Shown piece by piece: positions 50,748-63,715 of a stretch of DNA of 64,000 nucleotides (positions within the stretch are counted from its first letter, which is position 1; each line of letters opens with the position of its first letter). This DNA comes from Phoronis australis. Taxonomy: Eukaryota > Animalia > Phoronida. The notes beneath the pieces are model-generated. The model had not been told where the DNA came from. It made no database searches and saw only the letters and a list, made by a program, of their open reading frames with translations. A program made the translations under genes and the position numbers. Location of the stretch: the NCBI GenBank assembly GCA_002633005.1, contig NMRA01000132.1, positions 620,001 to 684,000 of the forward strand, in the 5' to 3' direction.

Positions 50748-53616
50748 ACACTGTCTCACAAGTCTGTGTTTCTTGTACCAAAAGGTGAAATATCCTCTGG
50801 CACTTATGTCAGTACTTATTAATTGTGCGGAACAGTTTGGTGTGTGGTGTCGTATTTGAACTTGCACCAATTGCATTAAAACTATTGTGTTTGCACCTTG
50901 GTTTCGTTCTCACTTCTGATCAGGTTCTGTTTTTGTTAAACAAATCTCTTGTTTGTGACACAAACATCAAACACTTGCTGGTAGTGACACTTGGAACATT
51001 TGTGTTAGTGAAGATGGTGGTACCAGACATTGATGCTCATGATAGATCTGCTTTAATTGTTGAATTATGGCTCTGTGTATACCAACAGCGAAAGTTGTGC
51101 CACGTTACTCATCGTTGAGTACAGGCGTAGCCACGAGGGAGGACAACCTGGCAAAAGCCCCTTGTTGCAAAAACGCCTCTGGTCGAAACTCGCTTTAATT
51201 TTAAAGTTCGTCACCCTGTTCAAACCCACCGCGTCGCTAAGAAGTTTTGGTTTCCCTCCTATTGAGTATTGGATTGGCCAGTGTGCAAGAGCATCAATAG
51301 TGTGTACGAACATCTTGTTCATGTTCTTCACTGTTCACAGTGATTGATTTTCAGTTAGTTTGTGGCTCATATCAGAGCTTTGCAGTTGGTATGCATGCGC
51401 GTGCATGTCCAACAATTGTTGACTTTCACTTAGGGCGGTATGTGGGGACTTGGGTCAGGTGGTCTCTCATCTGGCAGTGGCTTGCTGGCCTGTAAGACAA
51501 TATTTTGTTAAAACTTATGAGAATAAATAAAACTGCAACGTAAAAGCTGAGCACATGGCTCGCATCAGCTCATGAAGATACAGTTGAACTATTTGGTAGT
51601 TCATTTACTGTTCACACCTTGAAGTAAGCTATGTGTTCACTTGTCTGAGCTGGTAGCCCTTCATCTGAGCTAAGCCCTGCAACCATTTTCCAATGCAACA
51701 TAAGACTCATTCTCCACAAACAATGATCACCAGATTACTCCACAGATTACGGTATTGAGCACCAGAAGTTTGCTTTTGTGTTCCTGTTCATTTACCAGCA
51801 CCTTTGGCTGACTTGGAACTTGGTAATTGGATTGATTCTTAATTTTCGGATACTATGTTTTATGATGCGTTCCCAGGGGCTTTAAAAGTACGTGTGATTT
51901 TTATGAAAAAGAACTACCTCTATTTGAGACTTCATATTGATCAGTTGTATCAAATGTAATTAGATTATGTTGATGCCATTGCTTTGCTATGAACATACGT
52001 AAATTTCTTTCTTTTTTTTGCTAAATTTACTTAAAATACACGATCACATGGCCCAATTAATTGGTTTGAAATTTTCAGACTTTTCTTTCATAAGCTGTTT
52101 CAGAGTTCCGTAATTTTTATAGTCTTGAAGATGTTAGTTTTAATGCACAACCCTGCATAAACTTAAGTGTGAATAATACCGTTAAGTTGTTTCGTCAACA
52201 TTATCCAAGAGAGTCTTGGATACTTCACACCTGGTTTTACCAGGTCAGTGGCGAGTTACATAGATGCAAGACCAAAGTGTATGGTGAGAGCACTTGGCAT
52301 CTGACAAAATGGCGTGCGCTGAAAGGAGTAAATATTTCTCTCTGCGAGTACCTCTTTTGTCTTGCGTCTACAGAATGTAGCTTGGATTTAAGAAGTTTAT
52401 AGTACAGAGTTGGGGAAAGGAAAGATGAATCTGAAATAATATTAAATTAGGTTTGAAAAGACCAATGGCACCTTCTGTAGATGCAAAACATGAGTAAAAC
52501 TAGCATGATAACGCACTTTGTCGTGTATGGCAGTATTTCGCGAAAACTTGCATGATATTGTTTTTCACACAAGAAACCAAGGCAACGCCATCGTGTTCTT
52601 TTTTTTGTTTGAATTGAAATGGGGTTATGATAAATGCCCTAGAATTCACCTGGTGGCCATATTGCCTTGGGGATTGAAATTAACCTCTCATGTCAAGCAA
52701 CTTCGTGGTCTTGACTAATGACCTGTCCTGGAACCTAAAATTCATTTTAATCTGAGTATAAAACCAGATGAGATTGATTTCACAACAGTGAATGAGCATG
52801 GGTTTACTACCTCTAACTAAAATAACAACAAATTGAAATGTGATGTAAATGGATTGATTTATGTTCAGTTCACTAGTTTATGGCTTTACACAGTACACAC
52901 AATAGGGAGGTTATATAACAGGTCTGGATTCACTGTTAATAGTGGAGTAACTCAGAAAGCACAAAATGTGTTCCATTATTTGGAATAACCCCCCCCCCCA
53001 GAGTCTCCTGTTTAAAAAAACTGTTTCGGCCATATACTACATAATAAAGTTGGTCTGATCTTGTTCCGTACTAAATATGATTCTATGCTTGAAAAGAACT
53101 GATAGGCTACTGCTTTTCTAAGACTACAAGCTCATGAGGTTGCTTGTCATGGTCTGTTGGCTTCAGTCACCAAGACTCCAACTGTCTGGGGATTCAAGGC
53201 AAATTGTAACCAAACTGTTTGTAAAAAATATTACTCAACATGCATCTGATTATGACTGAAAAAGGCATTTGTGCTTAATTTTTGGCATCATGGAAGTTAC
53301 TGATTTTTTTATCAGATAAAATGAAAAATAATTTAATGATAAGTCGTGAAAATAATATTGAATCTGGCACGGACATATGTAGAATGAGCGAGTCCCTGGT
53401 ACAAATGAATTGTGCTTTAATCGCTGCGTTATAGCAGGTACAAGTGACATAGCAGTGACATTCCTGGATGTTCTGGATCCGCTCCCTGTGTACTTGAAAC
53501 AAGAGAAGGAAGATTGTTGTCGGATTATGAATTGACACATTGCCTCCATGTTGACAACATACAGTTACTGTCTTTCTATATTTGAGTGGACAATCCGTTC
53601 TGAATCTTGTACCTAG

Positions 53617-54466
53617 TTACTTGGCGAAATAAATTTCGCCAATTAGTTGCTCTTCCACTAAGTTTGTTTTTTTTTGTTTGTTCGCACGATACAGGTCGCA
53701 ATTTTCGTCGAATCCTCACGAAATTTACACATAACACGTACTTCCGGAAGTACAGGAAGCCTATTGTTTTTCGTCAAAATCGGATCCAAGATGGCGGCTG
53801 TGGCGGCCATTTTGTTTTCATTTAAAGGTTCAAATGCTTCTGGAGGCTACAATTTTTTACGTAAAAGGCTAAGAATCGGCACAGTAAATGGACCGGAAGA
53901 TTTCTACATGTATACCGGAAATTGTTTACTTCCGGTTAAAGATGGCGGAAATATCGGCGATTGCGCATGCGCACCTCGATTTTGGCCTAAAAATGTTTTC
54001 TCCCGTAGAGGGCGCATTATCAGACCAATTCTTTCGAATTTTTACAGGTATTAGTTTCTTATGACATGCTATTATACAAAGCCAAAAAACCGGAAGTTGC
54101 TTTCAAGATGGCGGATCTGGCGCATGTTGACCCATTTTCAGTCGTGCTGGAGTGCGATTTTANNNNNNNNNNNNNNNNNNNNNNNNNNNNNNNNNNNNNN
54201 NNNNNNNNNNNNNNNNNNNNNNNNNNNNNNNNNNNNNNNNNNNNNNNNNNNNNNNNNNNNNNNNNNNNNNNNNNNNNNNNNNNNNNNNNNNNNNNNNNNN
54301 NNNNNNNNNNNNNNNNNNNNNNNNNNNNNNNNNNNNNNNNNNNNNNNNNNNNNNNNNNNNNNNNNNNNNNNNNNNNNNNNNNNNNNNNNNNNNNNNNNNN
54401 NNNNNNNNNNNNNNNNNNNNNNNNTTTTTGGTTAATTTCGCCAAGGTTCGCTACTCGTTAGTAGTT
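53617..54466 (+). mobile_element. Helentron/DINE-like non-autonomous element spanning the gap
   Basis: 5' palindrome TTGGCGAAAT-aa-ATTTCGCCAA, GTTT-rich tract, 3' subterminal ATTTCGCCAAG plus small hairpin CTACTcgttAGTAG ending in TT. Confidence 0.7.
54163..54424. other. Assembly gap
   Basis: Run of N. Confidence 1.
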
Positions 54467-54599
54467 GTTGGTTAGGCCAGGGCCTAACAGACCCCCAAAC
54501 TACAGCAGCTGGGTTTAGTCATAACAAATGAAGCTCGTAGTTGAAGCGCAAAGTTTGATGGTGGTAACTGCTGGTTGAGGTGAGTTGAGAGTATGGAAC

Positions 54600-54756
54600 C
54601 AGGGGCGGATCCAGGATTTTGTGTTAGGTAGGACCAGTGCAGAGTATTATCCAGGATTTTGCCATTCAGACCTTCTTACCCCCGAAATGCCAGATGGAAT
54701 CTGAAAAATTTTAGGGGGGCCATGGCCCCCTTCGTCCCCCTCTAAATCCGCCACTG
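54600..54756. mobile_element. 157-bp hAT-like MITE
   Basis: CAGGGGCGGATCCAGG...CTAAATCCGCCACTG with perfect 5-bp TSD GGAAC. Confidence 0.8.
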
Positions 54757-54882
54757 GGAACCTTACAACTGTACATGGCCCTCTGTCTAAAGTTGATTTG
54801 AGCACCCCTCGAGTTTGTAACTTGGTTCTTGGGGGTGAATGAACCTGCTTGGAATTATCTTGGTACATTGTTTCTATCACAG

Positions 54883-57800
54883 AAATGGTAACATTCATGA
54901 AGCGAGTTGCCTTGCTGGATGTTGACCTTGGCGTGGAGGAGCGCAACCTCTTGTCTGTAGCCTACAAAAATGTAGTAGGTGCTCGGAGACAGTCGTGGCG
55001 AATTCTGTTGTCAATGGAGGAAAAGAAAGCATCTCAAGGGGAAGAAGGGAGTGATGGAATGTTACCCCTGATAGTGGAATACAGGAAAAAGGTGAACCAT
55101 TTGTACAAGCATGAATTGAAAACATCTTGAGATTTAGTAAGATAATTTTGTCCGTTGTGAATGTTAATCAAGGTGGACTGAGCAGAGCAGAAGTATTGGC
55201 AGTGGAAATGATGAAAACTTAGGAATGGGCATTGTTCAAATGGATGCGATTGTTGATGGATTTTGTTATCAATTGGCACTGGTGTGGCCGGGGGATTGTG
55301 AAAGAGCCCTCCTTCCGGTCAAAGCTCCTGTCAGATTAAGGTTGCCTTCCTTGTTCATTACTAAGTGCCCCCCACTTCCAAATTGCCACTCAGTTCAGCC
55401 CCATTCACTGTTGAATACTTTTGGCTACGCCAGTGCCAATTTGCAGTCTTCGTTTCTTAATGTGACGGAAGAATTTTGTTGAGAAAACATAAAAAGCCTG
55501 TCATGACTTGAAAGGAAACATCAGGCGACCTGTATGGTATCTATGAATTCATGCTATCTGTTGTTTGAACCGTTATCTTGCAGATTGAAGGAGAGCTGAC
55601 CAGCACATGTAATGAACTCATCGACCTTATCAATAATCACCTGTATCAAAAAAACCCTTCGTCTAACTTCGACTCTCAAGTTTTTTATGTGAAAATGTAA
55701 GTATACTAGTACACCTCCATAATCCTTGGCAATACGTCGGGTATGCACACTGAAGGCGTACATGCGATTACCCTGTAATGAGGATAATCACCCGATTGAC
55801 TTTTTAATCCATGAAATAAAATATTCTGAAACAGTATGTATGATAGAACCATCTACTAGATTCGATGTAAAATCACAGCCAAAACTGGAATTATCTCCCT
55901 TTCAGTGTTTTTGTCACATATATGCAAATTATAGGTAAGGTGACCTAAGCTATGTTGTGACCTTGGGTCTCAGTGGATGATTTGTAACATGAAGACTAGG
56001 AAATTGCACTGGTAATAAAGTAGAATTGATTACGCATGAGTAAAGGATCAACGAACATAAACAAGGACAAAGTTTATTAACACTACAGTTTCACTCAAAA
56101 GTTATGATCACTAATTACCTCCCGCCATTCGTCTGTTCCTCCCTCCTTCCCTCCTCTGTCTCCTGTTACAAAACTCATATTTCATGAGAGTAAAAGGCCC
56201 AATTCTGTTTTAGTTTTCAGGCGGCTTTTAAGCTTTAAAACAAGACAAAATGCAGCTTTAATTTTCCGGAATTGCAACTGTGGTCACTCTAGATGTTGTA
56301 TACTGAGTGCATTACTTGTTAATCTGTCTCGAACTTAAATTACCTCAGAAACATTGCCCATATTCACAGATGTGCTTAAATCATAAACTTGTGCTTGCTT
56401 ACTTTAAACTTTTTGCAGGTTAGGTGATTACTATAGATATATGGCGGAGTACTCACAGTCACCAGAGAAAGATGAATACTCTGCACAAAGTCTTAAAGCG
56501 TACAAAGAAGCCAGCGACCTTGCCAGAGAAAAACTCCTTGCAACTAGCCCTATCAGACTGGGTCTTGCTCTCAACTTCTCGGTGTTTTACTACGAAATCT
56601 TCAACAAACAGCAGCAGGCATGTAAGCTAGCAAAGGCTGCATTTGACGAAGCCATGGCTGAAGTGGATACCGTCTCCATAGAAGACCACAAAGATTCAAC
56701 ATTAATAATGCAGTTATTACGTGACAACTTGACTCTGTGGACAAAAGATCTACCAGGTAGTCTTGCCTGATATGCCATGCCTCTGTGTTGTAATATTATG
56801 GGTATGAAATTCCGGGCTCCGCTATCCATAGGGGGGAATTAAACAATTGTCTTCTCACCCAGGACCATAACCCTTTGTTAAGCTGGGTTTAGTTACTATC
56901 CGACTGGGACGGCTGTATGACTAAGAGCAGGGTTAACAAAGAACTACATTACACTGACCTTCAATACTGTGTGTGAACCACACTGGTGATTTACATCCAT
57001 CCTAAAAATTGTAAGCCTCTATACTCCCCATGATGGCGTTTTCCCGTTGCTCCCAACTTGTTCGATTCTACAGCCCAACAACAAGATGGGAAGATGACCC
57101 CTGTAGCCAATATCTTACACGAGTGATTAACTCCATTCTGGCATTTATGGTCAGAGGGCCAGCTCTCTTTTGTTCGATAATTGCTTTGATCTCCAATAAG
57201 ATCGTATCTAGTCTTACTAGGTTGTGCTGTTCAAAATAAAAGTTAAGTTACAACATTATTTGAATATAAACCAATAGCATTTCTGAATTCTTCGTCAAAT
57301 GCTGATCATGTTAAGTTTTTGAATTGCCAAAATCACCCAGCTACAACCGAAGTTACGACAATCTATTCTTTCCGTACACGGCCATTTCGCTCTGGGTTTG
57401 ATTGTGTTCACACCTGGTCTGTAATGAGCCTACTAGATAATTGGCCTGCTTGTTGTCATACCACACAAAAGACTGTGCTTGGAAGTTAACAAAGGATTTA
57501 GATGTTAACACATGCTCACAACCCTCCGTTTCTGGTAAAGTCAGTGAACGGGAGAACTCCGTAATGCTCTAAGCCAAAAATGGAATGCTCGTTGCTCTGT
57601 AAGACAGACAACGGTCTGAGAAATTAGTCTGTATGTACTCCTGTGTTTCACATCAACTTTCTGTCGTTACTGACAGACCTTTGAAGACCACTCTTTGTAG
57701 TAAAGCGATTAAATATCATTAAGAATTTTCATAATACTGGTTTCTATTCAAATTTACGGATTCTCGGATCTTTGCTATTTTCAACTATTTTAATCCCCCT

Positions 57801-58513
57801 TTAACCCACTTAAGTACCTTCATCTTGGTGATTATAGACAAGTGTTGATTTTCCTGCTAATATCAGTCAAAACCATGTTATTTTCAAAAACGAATTTACA
57901 AAATCCATTCTTGCCAAATATCAATCTTCACATATGTATCGTTGCATACAATAGTTACCAAAATGTGGCCAGTGTTAATTGTTTATTATCCATTTTCCTT
58001 CTGTATTTTTGCCATAACTTTGGATGACTTCAAGTTTTTTGAAACCTACTCTATCTGTAGAATGACTGACTTTGTTGAAAGGAAATCTTTTAAAAATGTC
58101 AACACAACACATAATTGGCTTTTTACAGAAGTTGTCTACGCTACTTATTTTGAGAATCGTCCCTGCATCAAAACTACTTGTGTACAAATGACATTAAATT
58201 GAACCTTATATCACTAGTATGCAATAAGCCTGTGGCTTCAATTTAATCACATAAGCTAGCAAGATACCTTTGTAAGATTTCTAACTGAAGGTGACTCCCG
58301 ACGAAGAGATCTCACTTCCAGTTTGATGAGGCAACTTCTCATAAATCTTTGCCCTGGGGTGCGGTACTCACGTGGCTTTTTCTCGGATCTGTAAAAAGTC
58401 CAAAGCTGTATTAGAAGGCTGAAAATGTCATCTCGATTTTTAATATACACAAACTTTGTTTTCCAGATGAGAACAACGTAGAGTTAGAGGATGTGGAGCA
58501 GGAAGCTGACTAA
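54883..58513 (+). CDS. Second, tandem 14-3-3 body (equivalents of exons 2-5): 54883-55091, 55584-55696, 56419-56756, 58467-58513; own exon 1 not found
   Basis: [10 protein letters not shown]...[22 protein letters not shown]...|[20 protein letters not shown]...VFYVKM|[11 protein letters not shown]...[19 protein letters not shown]...[22 protein letters not shown]|[15 protein letters not shown]. Same intron positions and phases as copy 1; no stops or frameshifts. Confidence 0.9.
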
Positions 58514-58965
58514 TATATCTTTATGAAGACTGCTCAGAACGGCCATTCAGTGTAATTGTCCTCTACTGGCTTCACTGCACTCAACTTCATCCTAGAACCA
58601 AGTGGCACAATCCTCCAGCCTTAAATAAGGGGGTAATGGGGATCCTGCGCTGACTCATCACATTAACCTTTGACCACTGCTGGCAACAGGTGGAGCTTTT
58701 GCTTTACCAATCCCTTGCAAGTTATCTCGTTATTGGATGAGGTTACTGTTACTTGAATATATATACCCAGCCACTAACATATAATCATTCATAATAGCCT
58801 CTAGTTACACTCAACTGCGACCATTCAGACTTTATTGTTGAGACGAACAGTTTCAGTCTTATCCCTTTCTAGGTGACTTCATTGGACTGTCATTCATATT
58901 GTATTCTGGATCTGTCGATCATTAACAAATGCTAGAGTGGGACAACGATTACTTGACCACACCTG

Positions 58966-59237
58966 GGGTCCATTTCATGAAAGTGATTTGAGACTGAAAT
59001 CAGAAGTTTGGTCTTGCACAAGTATTTCTGAAAAATAACAAAATCCTACTTGAACAAAAGTACAGTCTCTGAGAATACACTAATAACTGCTAGTTACTGC
59101 GCAGAGATGTACTCATAATTACTCTGCTGCTAAACCTTTGTTTTAGATAAGCTAAACCTTTATTTAGCAATTGTGAAGTAGAAGACTAAGACCAAATTTT
59201 TGTCCAAGTCCAAAGTCATATTCATGAAATGAGCCTT
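58966..59237. mobile_element. MITE (Harbinger-like termini)
   Basis: ggggtccatttcatgaaa ... ttcatgaaatgagcct: imperfect TIRs. Confidence 0.55.
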
Positions 59238-60851
59238 GTCATTTGTTTGCGGGGTAGCATCCCAATGGATCGCTGGAATAGCCGTTGCAGATTGATGAAT
59301 TTAGATGAGTATCACATACTTTTGCATTTTAGCTTATCACTACATCAGGAAATGCCTTAAAATTTGAGCCAGTGGTTGTGATTAAATTTTGTGTTGCATA
59401 ATTATTCATGTAATCCTGTGATAACTCCTCGTCAGAATTCTGTGATTGTATACATAGTATTTTCTCAGTTCTTGCTGTTGAGAATTTTACATATTTTCAT
59501 CTAAGAAAATCTGGTGTCCAATGGAGTTATTAAGATACTTTTGCGTTGTGTGAATACATTTTAGATTTCGTCACCGAGTATTTTAAACAGCACCTACATG
59601 TACTTTTATTGTTCAAGCTTTTGACTCATTTACTATTAATGATTTAATCCTTTTTATCCATTAATTAGCCACTAGGAAGGTTTGAAAGACTTTTAGACAC
59701 GTGTGTCGTGGGATTTGCTATCGTGCATGTATAACATGTGTGTAACATTCTGTGTGCCTCTCTCATATCATAAGATTTTAGTGAGCACAGGTACAATGCA
59801 TCAGTTATGTGCATGTGTTGGGAGGTATTTTGAAATGACCTTGCCTGCTCTGTGCGTCGGCATTCATTAAGATATGTTTGGTCATTGTTAGGGATGTATC
59901 TCAAAGAATGGTTGTATATTGGATAAAAATAGGTCTACGGATGGCTTAAAGCCTATCTTCAATGGTAACACCTGTAAATTTGGTTCCCTCAGTATGTTAA
60001 GAGCATTGCTTTGAGCCAACTAGTGCCATAATTTTGCCAAATGTAATGAACTGTTAGGCGTATTGGCTTGCTTTTGTCTACGTCACCGCAAGAATCACCT
60101 TTTAATTCAAATAGCTGTGAATAACACCCACACGCAATGGTCACCCCTATTCAAAACAACTGTTATCGGCCTTTTGTTGTTTGTGCTGGGATCTCACGGT
60201 GACGCAACATGGCACGATAAGGCAGCTTCACCTGTTATTTGACGGGCTTACATTTGCGAGATTGAACTAGCGTGTTCTTTTACTAAAGCTTTGCTAGGAC
60301 TCTCTGGTTAGCCCAATACATCTAAAATAACAAAATTCCGTTGACATTTGGCTTTAACCTTTTTCACAAAATCAGACAGAGACTAAAAGTTGGAAAATCT
60401 GTCTTAAACTCAAAGTTAAGACAGAAATCCGTAGCCAGCTGGGAGCAGACTAAAAGTCAAAGCCAATAGACAAAAAAAAAACTTTGCTAGACTCTTGAAA
60501 AAACAGGCCCTTGGTCTTGGAATTAATTTATGACAACAAAAACGATAGTTACTGATTATCTGTATAAGTGTCCATGCTTTGCAAACAAATATTGCCTCAC
60601 AGATTCAAGCTTCTAACCGGGGTTAACATCTTGGGTATAATGGTGTGTGTTAAAAAGTAATTGGACATCATGTCTTGTAGTCAAATCTTGAGTGCCAGTT
60701 TTGAATGGACTCGAGCTGATATTTAATACACGATATCGTAAAATATATCGTCAGTATTTGATTGTTAAAGCTCAATACATTTTCTGATACCACTCATTCA
60801 AGGACTCTTTTTAACTGATTTCAAAATTTTGTATCACGTGTCTCACTTTTT

Positions 60852-61115
60852 AAAATACAGAAAAATTAGGTCACATTCTGGAATTTGCTTACTTGAGTTA
60901 GCGACGTTGCGTCCGTCTCTCACGGACTTCATTTTGGGCAGTTGTGTTATTATCGTTCTGGCCAGTAGGTGGCGTTTTAACCAGACGACGCGGCATCGAT
61001 ATCGGGACACTATCCCACAAGTGTGACGGATAAAATCTTAATCCACCCTGTTTATTCAGAGACGGATGCCATGTTGCTAACTCAAGTAAGCAAATTTCAG
61101 TATTTTTCTGTATTT
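60852..61115. repeat. Foldback/MITE with ~60-bp inverted arms
   Basis: aaaatacagaaaaat..aatttgcttacttgagttagcgacg..cgtccgtctc / gagacggatg..gctaactcaagtaagcaaattt..atttttctgtatttt. Confidence 0.8.
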
Positions 61116-61181
61116 TGTTACCTCAACTGGATGTCTCATAACTTATACGCTTTTATGCCACATTCATAGTTGCATGCTCGC

Positions 61182-61757
61182 TGGTTCCCTGCGTGTTGCT
61201 AGGTGGTAGCCAGCACGCAGGTATCACTTAATTTTCCTCAGGAAATTTTTTACACCGGCGTTTTTGATTGGCTGGTCGAATGTTCAACAGGCTACGCTTT
61301 ACACAAACAAACTGGCATGACTGATGGAGGAAGCATAAATGTGGTCTGTTGTACAGACAAATCGGTGCTTAAAATTAGTGTTCAAGAAATGTGAATCCCA
61401 GAAAATTGCGGTTGCGCCTTTTCGGAGTGCATCCTTCTACTGTTGCTGACTTCTGTTTACGTTGCTGTCCTGTATTCATATAGTATGAATAACACTAATT
61501 AAATTGGCCAGATGACAGCGTGCTTATTGTACATGTATGTGCTTCAACACGCAGCTATTAAAACATTAGGTCTACTGCAGAAAAAAATAGTTGCTGCTAC
61601 CTCACTTGCATAACAAGGCTAAAAATCGTTCATAGTCCGCTATTTTCTCTTTTTCTTGTAAAGCTAACCAATGACTGCCAAGGTTACATCAACCAGTGAT
61701 AAAGCGCATTCTACTACCTACGTGCTGGCGACCACCTAGCAGCACGCAAGGAACCAC
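61182..61757. mobile_element. MITE with ~42-bp imperfect TIRs
   Basis: tggttccctgcgtgttgctaggtggtagccagcacgcaggta / tacctacgtgctggcgaccacctagcagcacgcaaggaacca. Confidence 0.75.
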
Positions 61758-63023
61758 AAGAGTTGCATGTTGCCTATAACAAAGATACCTTTTGAAATCC
61801 ACACAGCTTTGCACTACAATCAACATTACTCACTTTGTCAGAATATTCTCTAAAGTTGCTTTTACAACTGTTGTTACTAATTACGTGTGAAATGTAAATT
61901 TTAAATATTGTCCGTACCATTCGTGTCTACTTCACTACTTTGATAATAAGATAATAGGGCACAATTACTACAATTGCTTCATTTCTAAAATCGATCCATT
62001 TGCACCAACCCTGTGCTTACTTTGGCCATATACAAATACCCGGTAGGCTAAAGGTTGCAGTAAATAGACTAATAGATTTTACCACGATAAGTGGAACTTG
62101 CAGGCTAATTCCTTATCTCTGTGATTGTTTGGCCAAATTAGTTAAACACAACATATAGCGGTGATGGAAATATGAAGTAAGTTGAAAATTGCTAAATGTT
62201 TTTAAGAATGAGTTTTGTGGTGAAAAATGATCCACCGCAAATCACTGAACCGTGTCCAATAAATGTGATGTGGTGCTGGGGGAATAACACTGCGATGCCA
62301 TGAGGTACGTCATAAGTACACACGTCACCGATTTGCAGAATTTTTTGTTTTCACATTTACAAGTTGTCATTGAATACAACTGCACTATGTTTAGTGTAGA
62401 TTATGTTAAAATAGCATTGTCGTTTAGTTCCTGCTATACATTAGCATAATTAGGAGCCTGCAAATACATTTTTAAAGCCATCTTAAAATGCTGTGAATTG
62501 TTTTTTGTCATTGGATTATTATGAAACTTACAGTGTAAGATACACACTCATTGTTTTATATTTTAAAATAACACCGTACATTAAAGGGGAACGTAACCAT
62601 TATTTATGTTGGATTTAGTAAAAAGTTCCATAATTATCATGGAGATACATTTCCATGTTAATTATAGAAGCAATAGTATGTGACATGAATGGCCAAGTAA
62701 CAGGTCCGCATCTTAGTTCTGCATTCACTGCCATAGACAACAATATCCTAGTGATTATTGAACAGTCTTTGTCGAATCAGAATCATTTTGAAATTGATTC
62801 GATTAAACATCGACCTAGTGGCCATTGCATCAATAGCAATTTGATAAGTAAAAGGCCAACAGAAATTTCTTTAAAAAAGTTGGGAAATGTCCAAAAACTT
62901 TTCTTTCAGTCTCCCCATATGTAATTCTTAACTGGTGTGGAAATGTGTATCATTCCCAAACATTTTTAAGTCTGGTCAGCGCGCCACCTGTTGGCCACAT
63001 CACGTGACCTAATGAATATAAGT

Positions 63024-63111
63024 CTGAAAAGATTTCTGCCCCAACCAGAACTCTAACCCAGGACCTTCTGTAAACCATGCAGACGCTCTAGATGACTGAG
63101 CCATCGGGACC
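63024..63111 (-). mobile_element. tRNA-derived SINE head
   Basis: Reverse complement ggtcccgaTGGCTCAGTcatctagagcgtctg...cagaaggtcctGGGTTAGAGTTCtggttgggg: degenerate A and B boxes. Confidence 0.6.
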
Positions 63112-63715
63112 ACTGGTCTGGATTACCATACTTGGTCATAAAGAATGGCCAAGTACCCAGCTTGCCAATCTGCAAGTTTTGCAATGCTTAAAAGTATCAA
63201 ATGGTTTAGTTGCTGAAAGGCATGTTTGATAGCGATCTTGGTGAAGACTGTGTTTGTAGCAGAGCCTCTCTCTATTTGTTTTTTCTCGGAAACCTCGCAG
63301 GTGTGATGATTTCCTCGCTGAGACATCTCTGTTTTTCTTCACTGACAACATAATGAGAGATTTTCAATTAGCAATGTGGCAGCTGATGCTGTAGGACTGG
63401 ATACCAGTGACATCTAGAGGATAAGGAGGCACTTTATAACTTTTGTTTAAAACGCATCACGTCTAATCACATGCATTGTAAAAAGAGTTTTTTCACGAAG
63501 ACAACTTGTTCCCCAGTGCCACCCACTGTGAAGACGAAGAACCTCCTGGTACAGCTAGGTGGCTATATGAGTCACCAGTTCCAAATGTTCAGTCACAATT
63601 GCTTCGTGAAATTCTCCCATTCAACACCTATGAAACAACATAAACCAAATGCTTCATAATACCATTTTAATGACATACAAATATAATTATTTTCATAAAA
63701 TTCACACAAATGCAG

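Noticed and set aside
51057-51347. ORF containing LIVEYRR, similar to LIVEYRKK of 14-3-3 copy 2
   Set aside because: No other 14-3-3 similarity and no matching splice sites; it runs into a repeat-like start. Chance match.
52310-52380. ATG GCG TGC GCT GAA AGG as the missing exon 1 of 14-3-3 copy 2
   Set aside because: Translates to MACAERSKYF...; no [10 protein letters not shown] similarity and no donor placed to give an exon 1 equivalent.
59300-63700. Short ORFs between 14-3-3 copy 2 and FTSJ3
   Set aside because: No recognisable motifs or exon chains; UTR, intergenic and repeat sequence.
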